From Octopus sinensis (lineage: Eukaryota): a stretch of 64,000 nucleotides of DNA. The stretch is taken from the NCBI RefSeq assembly GCF_006345805.1, contig NC_043005.1, positions 40,672,001 to 40,736,000 on the forward strand, given 5' to 3'. The position numbers were made by a program, and so were the translations under genes. The notes beneath the pieces were generated by a model. That model was not told the DNA's origin. It was given only the letters and a program-made list of their open reading frames with translations, and did no database searches. Within the stretch, counting starts at the first letter, position 1, and every line of letters begins with the position of its first letter. This document shows, piece by piece, positions 13,715 through 26,765 of this stretch.

Positions 13715-13857
13715 CCCTTTAGCATTATTCACATTGTTTTAAATTAATCATGCATTATCTTGCAGTTGAGATTTTCATGATGTGATTGCTTATTTTTAGA
13801 AGGACATTGTAAGGTAGTTGTGAGAGGCTGCATCTGGCTGGTTTGAAAACTAAAAGG
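13715..13857 (+). mobile_element. piggyBac MITE family A, internally deleted
   Basis: CCCTTTAGCATT start and the family core cacattgttttaaattaatcatgcattatc. Confidence 0.7.
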
Positions 13858-16282
13858 TTAATATTGGTGGAATGGTCCATTTTGAGAGTTAAATATCTTG
13901 ACCAGAGATGAGATTTGAACCACCAACCTCTCGACTAGTTGTCTAAAAACCATACTCTTAACTCATAATCATACTCTTAACTTAATATTAGCAACTAAAT
14001 CTTTGATGCTCTTGTAAAGTAATTTATAAAATCATCCCAAAAGGAAAGACAAATTATGAAAATTATTGTTCAATGTCTGAATTCATAGTAGAATTCAGGA
14101 CAGTTTTAATGAGGATGACTTCTCACATATACAACTAAGACAATTAATACTCATTTCTAAATTGTTTTAATTATCACGCACACAAAAAACAAAAACAAAA
14201 AAAAACATGTGCACGCGCGCGCGCACACACACATTTTATAAACAATAAAAATACAACAGCCAAAAAATAGCAATGCCTTCAGTGCAAAGTAAAAGTTTTT
14301 AAAATCATGAAGGTCATATGGCTATCATTAAATATGAGGAATGTTCCAGAATACATTCAGGAAAATAGCTGTAATACGAGTTCAAATCACTGGTGTTGGC
14401 TTATGACAGGCAATGTGACATTACCCTAGCAGTAAAATAGGGACCATTTTTATTTTATAGCTTTAGTAGATTGAAATATAATGCCCTACTTAGTTCTTTC
14501 ATTAATATCCACGTTAAAATAAAGCTTAAAAATACCCCACTAATCTTTTAAATATGGAAAATTGAATGTTAAGTAACAAGCAAAAAATTCTAAAGGCTTT
14601 TTATACACACACATAAATATATACATGCTAACATTGGACAGTGAGAATGAGTGCTTAACACTGCATTGTTGGATAAATATTCTTCATTTGTGGGTTAACA
14701 AGGCTATTGATGGTTTCATGGCAAGAGATCTTTGCAATTGTCCAAGTGTGCTACATGGAAGTGTTGGTTATTGTCTCCATTTTGGATGGGGGGGGGGGTC
14801 AAAATTTTGTCATCCACTTTTCCATGCATGCATAGGTTGGACAGAATTTGTTGAGGTGGATTTTTTGTTTTACGGCCAAACATCCTTCCAACCAGTTACC
14901 AAGTAAGGTAATATTTCTCCTGACCAGATAGATATATTTTCACAGAATACTGGAAACAAAGGACACTGGTTGCATTATGTTGACACTCATTTACAAATAT
15001 TATGTGATGTCAAGGCTAGAAGACAGTAACACACACACACACAACAGGCTTCTTTCAGTTTCTATCTACCAAATCTACTCACAAGCTTTTTGTCAGTCTA
15101 GGGTTGCAATAGAAGACACTTGCCTGAGGTACCATACACTGGGACTAAATTGTCATAGGGAAGCAAACATTTTACTACATAGTCATGTCAGCACACACAC
15201 ACACACACACACACATATAAGGTATAAATTAAAAATGCAAAACATCTTTTTTTAAAACGTTCTGCTAAAAAGTCAGTCAGAATAAATACATACTTCACAT
15301 AAAAACTAATGGGGTAAAAAAAAAATCCTCTCATTTCTATAATGAGTGAATCATACATTTTATATTCTACTTTCTAAAATAAAAAACAACAAACAACAAA
15401 AAAATGGCTGCTTGTCTAAGTGTGAGACTATCATCAGCATTACAATCATCATCATCATCATTTTATATATGTTAATGGGAGAAATCTACAAAGCTAGGAG
15501 AAAGACTGATCCAGAAGAAATACCTCTCCATTACCATTCTACTAAAGCAGATGGAAAATTGAGTGTAAAGAGTAAAATAACTAAACTAATTGCTCCAGAG
15601 TAGCTAGATTAGTGCCAAAACTGACTTTTTTTCATTCTTCTTGCTCTTTACTGGCTATGAATGAATCAATCACTGTATATTGAGCCAATAGTTGCTTAAC
15701 CTGCTTGAAATAGCAGCCAAATCTCCCTCAAATCATCACTCATTACTAAATTAGAGAAGGACATTAAAATAACAAAATAATTACAATTGGAATGCCTTTG
15801 TCCATAAGTCTGATCATGGACTGAGATAGAGCTGTTCAAAAACAAGAACCACTGATTATTATTAGTATTTTTTTGTTATATAATAGACAGAAGCAGAAAA
15901 TGTTAAGTCAGAACATTGATTACTTCAAAATATATCCAGATCTCTACCAACTGCACCAATATTTTTGAGAGTAACAATACTACGAGACCATTCCTACTGC
16001 AGCCATCACAAAAGAAGAACATTTGTCATACTTATAACATAACTCAAGATCAAAAGTTATATAATCAGCAACTGAATAGAGAATATATTGTTGTTCTTGA
16101 CCAGTCATGGACAAACTGCAGCCCTTGAGTCTTTCTGAAAGGTACACTAACAAAAAATTACCTTGAATTTTAGTAGTAAGGTATGACTGATAATAAACAA
16201 TGTCTCATGTGAAAAAGGGTTGCCCATACCTGCTCTAAACAATGAAGTACAGCATAGGAAGGCTATTCAAGAAGAGACTCAA

Positions 16283-16487
16283 ACCTATAGCATTTAAACC
16301 AGCCATAATATTATATCCCAGTTTTATGTTCAAACTGGCCCAATCTGGCTCCTCACACCAACCCTACAATATCATTCTAAAAATTAGCAGTTACCTAATA
16401 AAAATCTCAACCCAAAAAGATAATGTATGATTAATTCAAAACAATGTGAATAAACACATTTGATTGAATAATCTGAATGCTAAAGAG
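16283..16487 (-). mobile_element. piggyBac MITE family A
   Basis: Reverse-orientation copy of the family core, ending tctgaatgctaaagag. Confidence 0.75.
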
Positions 16488-17266
16488 TTCATCATCATCA
16501 TTTAATGTCCGTTTTCTATGCTGGCATGGGTTGGACAGCTTGACAGGAACTGGTATGGCCAGGGACTGCATCAGGTTCCATAGTCTGTTTTGGTTTGGTT
16601 TCTATGGCTGGATGCCTTTCCTAACACCAACCACTTTATAGAGTGTAATGGGTGCTTTGTTTTTTTTGTGGCACCATCACCAGTGTTTTTTAAGTGACAC
16701 TAGCACCCACACCAACACATTAAATGACACTTTGGGTTTAGGATCTCAATTTTGTTGTGGTGGGCTGGTCTCCCAAATACAGCAATGCGCCACATATCTT
16801 GGTCTCTGTCAGCAATGCACTGATCCCTTCTATAATGTATTTGTTCAAGTAAAACTGTCTAAGGTGACTTATAAGATCATCAGACAACACAGAAGACAAG
16901 AACAACAGTAAAACCAACAACATTTTCAGAAATGTATAAACAGTAATAGCAACATGCTCACTTTCTGCAGTAAGTCAACACAGTTTGGAATCTAATGAGA
17001 ATACTAGATTCATCAGTTAAGTGACAGGAGTTGATAAATGTACTTTTTTCTTCTTACAACAACAGAAAAAGACAGCACGTCTAATTTGATGAAATTGACA
17101 CTTTAGATCTTAAAAAAAAAAAAGAAAAAAATATTTAAGAAAATACTAGCATATGCTTCACTTATGCAAATTTGCATAAATTGTTTCACCTTCTAATTTT
17201 CCACATGACTGTCTCTTCAAATACCTTGGAAATCATTCAACAAGTAGCAAAGTACATATGCTTTAA

Positions 17267-17484
17267 CCCTTTAATATTCAAATTACTGTCAAATGTAATG
17301 CTTATTCATTCACATTGTTTTGAATTAATCATGCATTATCTCATAGCTTTGAAATTTTGACGAGGTGTTTGTTTAGTCTTAGAATGATATTGTTAGGTAG
17401 GTGTGAGAGTTTGGGTGTGGCTGGTTTGAACATAAAGCAACTATAAGATTTAGGCTGGATATGGCCAGTTTAAATGCTAAAGGG
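17267..17484 (+). mobile_element. piggyBac MITE family A with a duplicated right end
   Basis: TTAA|CCCTTTA start. The terminal 25 bp or so (gtttaaatgctaaagggtaaacatg) are tandemly duplicated. Confidence 0.8.
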
Positions 17485-17925
17485 TAAACATGGTTTAAAT
17501 GCTAAAGAGTAAACATGGTTTAGTATTTTAGGTTAAGATAAAATAACTACTGTTTCTATATTGTAGGTACTCATAAAGCTGGTAATTATTTCTATATATT
17601 TTTGCATGATTGATACATCTTTCTCTAGAGAGGCATTCAGTCTATCATGACTAACATCTCTCAACAATATTCCTATTCTTTAAGTCAATCCAAATGACTG
17701 TTGAAGCATGTAAAAACATTTTTCTCAGAGAAATGACAAAGCATCCTTAGATGTAAATTTAAAAGCAACATTACTAATACATAGTCTTTAACTTAGGTTA
17801 TTTGCACTCAATTCTAACTCAAGAAGTTCCTGCACTCATACCTGTCTAACAGTAGCAGCTATAAAAGCAGAACCAACAAAGAAGCCTCTACCTGGTCATA
17901 TGATCTACAAGAAATAGGAGCCAAA

Positions 17926-18158
17926 AGCGACAAGCTGGCAGAAACGTTAGCAAAACGTTAGGCAAAATGCTTAGCGGCGTTTCGTCTGCCGCTACGTTCC
18001 GAGTTCAAATTCCGCCAAGGTCAACTTAGCCTGTCATCCTCTCGGGGTCGATTAAATAAGTACCAGTTACGCACTGGGTTCAATATAATCGACTTAATCC
18101 GTTTGTCTGTCCTTGTTTGTCTTCTCTGTGTGTAGCCCCTTGTAGGCAGTAAAGTAAT
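17926..18158 (+). mobile_element. Young CpG-rich tRNA-derived SINE with a 17-bp TSD
   Basis: B-box-like GAGTTCAAATTCC. Flanking direct repeats aagaaataggagccaaa (17909-17925) and aagaaatagcagccaaa (18159-18175). Confidence 0.88.
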
Positions 18159-18548
18159 AAGAAATAGCAGCCAAACCGCCCCTTTAATAGCACCCCACTG
18201 GAATAAAAAGGCAAGGACACAGAGGATAATGTAGCTTTAGAAATACAATATTAATATTTTAGAATAAAACAGGATAGTCATGACTAGAGTACCCTTGATC
18301 ATAGCTTTGTTCATTCAGGTTGACCTGGAACCAAACAACGATGAAAACAATGACAATTACAATGAAAACAATGAAAGCAGTTGCTTTTCTGAAATATTCA
18401 AATTAACTTCTCAAATATTCTATTCAAACAGCAGCATTGCATAAATATTATCTATAAATACAAATAGCTAAGTTGCTATGGATATGATATAATAAGCTGT
18501 AAGCCTCACAATATGCCACAACAATGTTATTGTTATTTTGTCAGTTAC

Positions 18549-18584
18549 CTCTAAGACAGGATCCAACTCTACCAAGATGTTTAC
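18549..18584 (-). other. Candidate 36-nt in-frame small exon / RS-exon of WDR47
   Basis: The minus strand has a very long pyrimidine tract tttctttcatttttttattttcatttttgttaaaCAG|GTAAAC...TTAGAG|GTAACT. The 36 nt are open in phase 1 (G)KHLGRVGSCLR, which matches the exon-1 donor phase. Confidence 0.45.
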
Positions 18585-20248
18585 CTGTTTAACAAAAATG
18601 AAAATAAAAAAATGAAAGAAATTTAATTGTTTCTAATAGAGGCACATGGTCTGAATATTCTTCTGTGGGGGGGGGGTATCTTGTTGATTAAATCAACTTC
18701 AGTACATGACTGGAACTTTATGTTATTGACCCCAAAAGGCTGAAAGGAAAAGTTGATTTTGGTAGAATTTGAATTAAAAATGTAAAGTTCCTAAAGAAAT
18801 GCCACTAAGCACTTTGTCCACATTGCAAAAGCTTCTGCCAATAAGTCTTCAACCATTAGTAGGATTCCAGTAGAAAAGCTGTACCACAAAATCTATCACA
18901 TCTACTTCAAGTCATATGATTTTCAGGAAAATTTCCTTTGAATAGTGATACCATAATTTCAGCAACACAATGGAGCTGACTCACATACTCTCTCCACCAC
19001 TCTTTCCAAAAATAAAGGAACAACATAATAGGAGATGCCCTAATTTTAACTAAGCCCATAACAGCAAAGTAAAAAGTGGTATTCTTGCAGTGTAATTTTA
19101 TTTTTCAATAACTGGAAAGTGAATCAAACAGAATAGGCCTTTTGTTAGAAGTTTGTGGGGTTAACACCTACATTCTTTATTCTTAACCCTTTCGGTACAT
19201 ACTTGGCAGATTTGGTGATACTAAGTCACTAAACTGTTCATTTTTAGATTAAAACATTCCCCTCACAATTTTCTTCTGAATACCAGCTTGATATACAAAT
19301 ATACAAACAAATGAAAATGTTACATGTAATTTCCAAAACAGATAATTTAGAGGAGTTAAGCAAATTAATTGAAACATAGGCAGTGTAATTCTGGTAGAAA
19401 TATGGCCACACAAGAGTTAGATTGAAGACCCCACAGGCATGAAAAGTGACTTGAATTTTATTTGTAATTTTGTGCTGAGGTTTCCATATTATCATCAGCA
19501 GAACGATTCTCAACACACATATGTGCATTGTTGAAAAAATGCCCAACATCACCAACTTTTGTTTTTAAAGCTAGACACTCTTCCTAAATATAATCAATCA
19601 TAAAGTGAAACTAACACAGTAACATGTCTGTGCTAAATTAAGAGAAGTGTAAAATAGTACCAGTATAAACACTATAACCATTCATTACATTCAAATCCAT
19701 TATGATCATTTCACTAATTAACAATGAAGCGAGAGAGCTGTGGCACATATAAGCAGAGTAATTGTAACTTACTCCACATGTTTAACAGTATGACTGTTGA
19801 ATAAGTTTAACTCATGACATTGTGTCAAAGAAATTCTTAGCTTCACAGCCATTGTGCTTCTCTTAAGATTTTAAAGGCTTTACCAATTATAGAGTTGAAG
19901 GATAATGAAATAAATAAATCTACATTATATTTAGTCTTCTTAGTATTTAATTAGGTCCCCCCACCCATCAGTAAAGTAATAGGGTCCAGATATGCCAGGA
20001 TTTTGTTGCTAGATTTTGGTATACGATATACGTATACATGTACTAGGCATAATGCTCTACCAGCTTTAGACACCACTGAACCATGGATGCCATTCACAGA
20101 GTTTATTTTGTTGCAGGCATTCAGACCAGAACCTCTGGTTCCAACTTTGTCCAGATTTTTCCTGAAGACATAGACCAGATGTCCTGGCAGCTAGGTACCA
20201 GTCACATCAATGTTACCAGTACAGAAAAGCTTTCAACATGTCATAATA

Positions 20249-20464
20249 CAGTAATCCCTCGACTATTGCAGGTGTTACATTCTGAAACCCACCCGTGATA
20301 TGTGAAAACCCACAAAGTAGAAACAGTACTGTACGTTTTTTTTTATCATTTTTATAAGTTCTATATATTTATTTTATAATAAATACAAAATACCACAGAG
20401 GAATGGACGTAAGCTTAAATAATAAACTGTGACAGGTGAACCGTGACACGGTGAGGGATTACTG
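20249..20464. mobile_element. Tigger/pogo-like MITE
   Basis: Perfect 12-bp TIR CAGTAATCCCTC / GAGGGATTACTG with TA on both sides. Confidence 0.8.
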
Positions 20465-20520
20465 TACACAGTTAATTTAAAAGTAAAAAGAAAATTAGCA
20501 ATTTTTTCTTTGTCTATCTA

Positions 20521-21762
20521 TCAGAACATCCCATAAGTTCTGTCTGATTTTACCTTTTTTAAAATTGAATGAAATTTAAAAGTATTTTAGAATGTCTAAT
20601 GGAATTAAATATTATTTTTATGCATTTGTGTACATTTAAACTAATTAAATATTGTTTTACAAAATAATAGAATTAAAATTTCTTTGATTAAAACCCTTTC
20701 TAACATGGAAGTATCCAAAGAGCATTTGAGGCACATAATGCTTCATGAGCACAAAAAAATAAACTCTGCAGCCGAAGTGACTCGAAACATACACTCAGTT
20801 TATGAGAAAGAATGCTTGAATGAAAGAACTTGCAGAAGATGGTTTGCAAAATTCAGAAGTGGAGATTTCAGCCTTGAAGATGAAGACCCAGTTGAGTTTG
20901 ATGATAAACTCCTTGAGGCATTACTTGAAGAAAATCCTGCATTATCAGTTGAAGAATTGGCAATAAAGCTTAGTTCAAATCATACAACTGTTCATCATCA
21001 TCTTCAACAACTTGGAAAAGTTCCTAAACTTGGAAAATGGGTGCCTCATGAATTGTCCAAAAGCAACCACAAATCCCGAGTTGACATCTGATCTCTCCAT
21101 TCTCGTGACTGGTGACAAAAACTGGATCTTCTAGTGGAATGTTAAACGTTGTAAACAGTGTCTTGGTAAAAGGTAAAAAGCTCAACCACAACCAAGAAGG
21201 GAACTTCATGGAAAGAAAGGTTCTTTTCTCTATCTGGTTGGATTGCGAAGGAGTAATTCACTTTGAATTGTTACCACCTAATGCAACAATCAATGCTCAA
21301 GTCTACTGTCAACAATTAGAGCATTTGAACCAAGCTTTGAAGAGAAAAAACCCCACTTTAGTGAATTGAAAAGGAATGATGTTTCATCAGGACAATGCGT
21401 GACCCCACACTGCAAAGATCACATCACAGAAGATCAAAGAGCTTGGTTAGGAAAAAATTCCTCATCCACCTTATTCTCCCAACCTTGCTGCTTTAGACTA
21501 CCATTTGTTTCGTAGTTTGCAGAATCACTTGGGGGACATAACTTTAGCAAGCCAGGAGGAGGTGGAAACTGACATTTCAGAGTTCTTTGCTTTGAAACCA
21601 AAAGAGTTTTATATTGATGGGATTAAAAACCTTGTAAATAGATGGAAGGAAGTCATAGATAATCAGACAAAGTACATTGATGATTAAATTTCAATTAAAT
21701 ATAACATTTGATCACTTGTTTTCTTTATTTAAAATTTGGACAGAACTTATGGGATGACCTGA
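20521..21762 (+). mobile_element. Near full-length mariner (DD34D) transposon, decayed
   Basis: TIRs of about 30 bp (tcagaacatcccataagttctgtc / gacagaacttatgggatgacctga), TA on the left flank, length about 1.24 kb. Confidence 0.93.
20705..21687 (+). pseudogene. Mariner transposase pseudogene with frameshifts and stops
   Basis: Motifs MEVSKEHLRHIML, WFAKFRSGDFSLEDE, WVPHEL, TGDKNW, HQDNA*PH and HPPYSPNLAALDYHLF are spread over three frames (ORFs at 20684, 21112, 21505). Confidence 0.93.
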
Positions 21763-24700
21763 TGTGTAAAAAAATGTTCAACCAACTAATCTGATTGGCG
21801 TCATCTCTCTTGCTTTTAAATTTTAAACATCACCTCGACAGTGTTTACCTAATTGGTTAGACAATTGTCATTATCAAAATTTTGGAATTCACTTTACATG
21901 CACACGTGTTTGTGTTGTCACATAGGTAGTCTATACGGAGAAAAGAAAAGATACAAGAGGGAGAGAAAGAAGCAATGAAACTAATTTCTAAAAGTCAGAA
22001 CTAAAAATGTGCATAGAAGTTATATTATACTATATTTATCTCCTTATAGAAGCATGAGAGAAACATTTCTATACATTTATACATGTTTTTGTATTGCTTA
22101 TTTGCATTGCACTGCAATGTTACTTGAAAGCTTAACTGGTTCCTCCATTTGACTACATAGCTCAAACAGCTACCACCTACTGCCAGAGTATATTAAATAT
22201 GAAGATGGCTTGCATTCCAATGCCTAAGGTGATAAATATTTGGACCAGTTAGCAGTGCAAGCCATATTTATTATAGCAGTGACACTAACCCCAGGGGAGC
22301 CTATACATAGTTGCCTAAACTGCTATACTACCATTAATACACACAAATAAATAAATAAATAAAATTATGGATACATAAGATAATATCTTCAATACACTAT
22401 GCCTAAAATTTACCATGTTTATTCTAGTTTTGGAATGGGCTTACTAGCATACTGTAAGAATCCCCAAACCATAAAATGATGGTTGAGAAAACTGTTCAAA
22501 TCATACTAGTATGGGAAATGCAGATGTAAAATGTTGAGGAAAATATACTGCATCTGAAATTAAGACAAGATAATAATGGCTGGAATACCTTTGACCCATA
22601 TGTCTGCTTGATAAGGAATGACCTGAGCAAACGAGGACAGAGTGTGGCTATCAGCAACATGGATAAAGTCAACAAGAAGACATCAATATCAATGAAAAAA
22701 CAAATCTGATTTAAAGGCTGATGTTCCCTACTGATGTCTGTAATACATTTGTCTTAGTCTACATGCCATTCTGTTCTGGAATATCTAAACTAAGATCCAC
22801 ACTCTTTGACATTCCTTGATATGCTTCTGTCTCATGTACCCTAAACAATATGAACTCAAATTCTTCAACCAGTAAGCACATCTTTTTAAAATTCCATAGC
22901 CATATCAGGTGGGGATCATGATGTCTTTGAAGATATCTTTCTTCAGCTCTCTAATTAGTACACTAAGTTTTTCATGCACAAAAATTTATATCTGAAATTT
23001 CAACTTCTAGTGTAATTAATTATAAGCTTAAGATTAGATGTAAATCTCCCCTTTTTAATTGCTTAGACCAATAATTGCAATGAATGTCCTATACATACAT
23101 GCACACACACACACATACATATATATATACACATACAGGGTGACAGTGCTAAGCAGTGATGTGTATAAATACAAACTTGTTACCAGTTCAGATATGCAAG
23201 AAGCATATTTGAACCAGTAATTCACTGTATTTTGTCAGGGAGAAAATCTACTGTAGACAGATATATATAGATAGGATACAGTACAAACTCTTCATACTAT
23301 TTCTCTCTTTAACACTGGATGATGTGAATTTCTCTTTGCACTGCCTTGTGATATTCCATGAAGACCCTCTAGAATTGATTCATGTCAGCCTATAAGAAAT
23401 AGGCTATCACTTGCTAATTTTTAAACTGATTAAGAAGGAATAAGGAATAATGGAGTTATTTCCCCCAGCTACATAGAGGCAGGAAATAGGATTGGCTACC
23501 TTAGACTGAAAATGTCAGTGAAAATGCCAAATATATTCACACCATTTATATAGTTGTTTTATGCTGCAGAAGAAACTCACTGGAGTTAATTTCATAAATG
23601 ACATTCCTATAGTTCTTAGCCTTCATTAAGTAGTTTTTGATAATCATTTGTATGGTGATATAAAAGACATAAGGTTCCATATAGAGGAGTGCTGTTACTT
23701 GTTTCAATCTCAAGCTGTGACCATGTCCACTCAATTTAATGTGCACATCACGATCAGATCAGATTTACTGCTCGCCTTAAATCTGGAGCTTTGGGACTAC
23801 TCAAAAAGAAATCAATATCTATTCATATCACTGAGGGTAGTAAAATTTCGCCACAGTTGATAGCTGATAGTTTCTATTATAAACATGTTTTTGTTTAATC
23901 CCAGGTCAGTCTTGGTGCAGTAGTTTTATAATCAAAAGCATTCCAGCCATGACACTCCTGTTTTCAGACAATAACCTCTGATATGTCTTTTCCAAGGACA
24001 TGAGTTTCAGAAAATTTTGGCTCCCCTGTCAAGTGACCAAGTAGAAGGTCTAATATTGGCTTTTGTGTGTGTGCGTGCGTGTGTGTGTGAGAGAGAGAGA
24101 GAGAATAGTGAGCATCAATGTATTAATGACTGCACTAATTAATTATTCTCTGCAATTCAAATGGATCGTCAGCTAAGATGGCTTGGACATTTGGTGTACA
24201 GGTCTGACTAAAGCCTCCCTGCACACCCCAGTAGGATCTTTGCTGGTCATCTTTATTATGGTCAATGATAAACCAAAGGGTTTTAAAGACCAGTTCTTCA
24301 AAACTGGAAGGCATTGATACCTACCATTAAATTTAATGGTATAACTTGGAAAAGATATAGAGGAGAAACACACTCGGCACTACCACAAGAAAATAAAGAA
24401 CATAGAGAATTATACTTAGCCCTTCAACATGGAGATGTCATGATGGCAAAGAAGGTTCTATAACCAAAATATAGTCATCAAAAGATCCACAAATCAAAGA
24501 AAACTTGGTCATCAATGGATTCAGTGGGTGGCCCTAGGCAACAAGCAAGCAAGAGAAGTCATCTTCATCGCTGTTTAATGTCTGCCTTCCATCCTGGCAT
24601 GGGTTGGATGGTCTGACAGAAGCTGGCCAGGTAGATGACTACACCAGACTATTGTATCTGCTTTGGCATGGTTTTTACAGCTGGATGCCCTTCCTAACAT

Positions 24701-26548
24701 CAACCACCCCACAGAGTGGACTGAGTGCTTTTTACGTGACAACCAGCATAGATTAGGTCAGTTTTGACATGGTTTTTCCTAGATATTTAGGAAAGGAGGT
24801 TTATAAAATTGACATTCATACCTTTCTCAAATGCATTTGTTTTATAAATGCAGTGGTTTCAGTTAAGAGTCAATGCTGCAGTTATTATCATAGATAAAAT
24901 ACTACCTTCTGTTCATTAAATGATTACTTACTTTACTGTAGCATAAACATTAAGCAACAACCAGTAATGTGTCCCTACTAATAATACTCTCAATCTTTTC
25001 CCATACTAGTATTGTTTCGACCAATAAAAATGACATAATTACAGAATATGATGTTTACCCAAACTTGAAACCCACTCATATTTCAATTCACCAATCATTA
25101 AATATGCACATATACACAGCATGTAGGTCATTTACACACAATGTGTATACATACATGTGATGTATTTCCCTTATTTTATCAAGAATACGAAGAAATGCAC
25201 TACAAAGTAAACTAATGTTTAGTTAACTGAGAAAGAAAAAAGATTAATAGTGTTTTCTGTTTAACTGCCCAGTATTAGTAGTGGCACTGATGAAAGTCAA
25301 TTAAAACAGTGACATTGTGTACTAATGTATAAACTAATTTTTTCTTTTCATTCTTTTAATAGTTTTTCAGTAAGAAAATAGAGGTGAGGTTTACACACAC
25401 AATAAAGAATAAAAGTGAATGGTTAGTAGATAGTGGCAAACATTTATCATTATTTCATTTAAAATTTACTAATAGTCCAAAAATGGACAATATCAAACTC
25501 TAATTTTAAGCAAAAATTATTTTACATCTACCCCATTTTTCAGCTAAAAAAAAATGTGTAGGGTAATTTTCTGCATATGAATTACTGGCACTCTTAGAAA
25601 CAGATTCCAAACTATTTACATCTAATAGTCTTATTACAGAGCAACCGTGATATTTCAAGCATCCTAATTCTTCCTTACCGATTAAACTGTATCTCTCCAA
25701 CTCATATTGCTTCAAATCAATATATATTTACAGGCTTAAGCCACTAACTCACAACCATCTCAGAAGGAAAGAATCAACTAGCAGTAACAATATCGACTGT
25801 GACTTGCATACCAAGATTTATTTTACTTTTCTATTCATTTTGTTCCCCATTGTTGATGTAAGGTATGTGATTGAGTTTATTCAGTCTTCATGATGTTGAG
25901 TGATGTGAGGTATCCCTCTCCCTCTAGATGTTATACCAGTCTACCGCTAGTTTAGTTTACATGCAGATTTTAGTTCAACACCAGTGAATGGGACCAAATT
26001 GGAGATACTTACTTAGCCAGTATCTAGAACATTAATAATTTGCTTAGTTACACCTCACGCGGTCAATAATTACAAAGAGTACAGATTCAATTGGTTAAGA
26101 GCAGACATTATTGTTCAAAAGTCTCTTGTTACTATTCATTCACCAGTGATGTACAATGAATTTGATAACAACACTTAACTTTCATAACCCAGCTCATCTA
26201 TTTGTAAAAGTCCCTAGGGAAAGGGTGTAATAATAATGGTACTCCTATGTTTGAACTTAACCTACATTGTTTCATTCCCTCATCTCTGCAGTTATCTATA
26301 TTCAACAATATGATACACTCCTATTTGGTGGCATACACTTCTGAATTGAAATCATGTGATGATGGCAATTGATATGTCATGTCTGATTAAAAAAATTTTG
26401 GAAGCATTACAAGTAGGAAATCTATGAAAGCAGAGAACTACTTGGTGTGTTTCAGCCACAAAAACAGGGGCTCAAGGCTGGATATTATTTTTGAGTTTGA
26501 ACAAACCAGGATCTTTACATTAAAACTTTTCTCGTTTCTTTTCTTTAA

Positions 26549-26765
26549 CTTTTTAGCATTCAGATTACTGTCAGAGTAATACTTATTTATTCATAGTATT
26601 TTGAATCAATCATGCATTATCTTGTAGCTTTGAGATTTCAATAATGTGACTGCATATTTTTAGAATGACATTGCAGGGTAGGTGTGAGATGCCTGATCTG
26701 ACCAGTTTGAACATAGAACAAGTAGAATATTTGGGCTGGATATGGTCGGCTTAATTGCTAAAAGG
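26549..26765 (+). mobile_element. piggyBac MITE family A
   Basis: Family core sequence with degenerate TIRs. Confidence 0.75.

Noticed and set aside
13900-13985. tRNA-like B-box sequence
   Set aside because: Cannot be folded into a cloverleaf; likely a decayed SINE head. The same applies to the other tRNA-like heads in the window.
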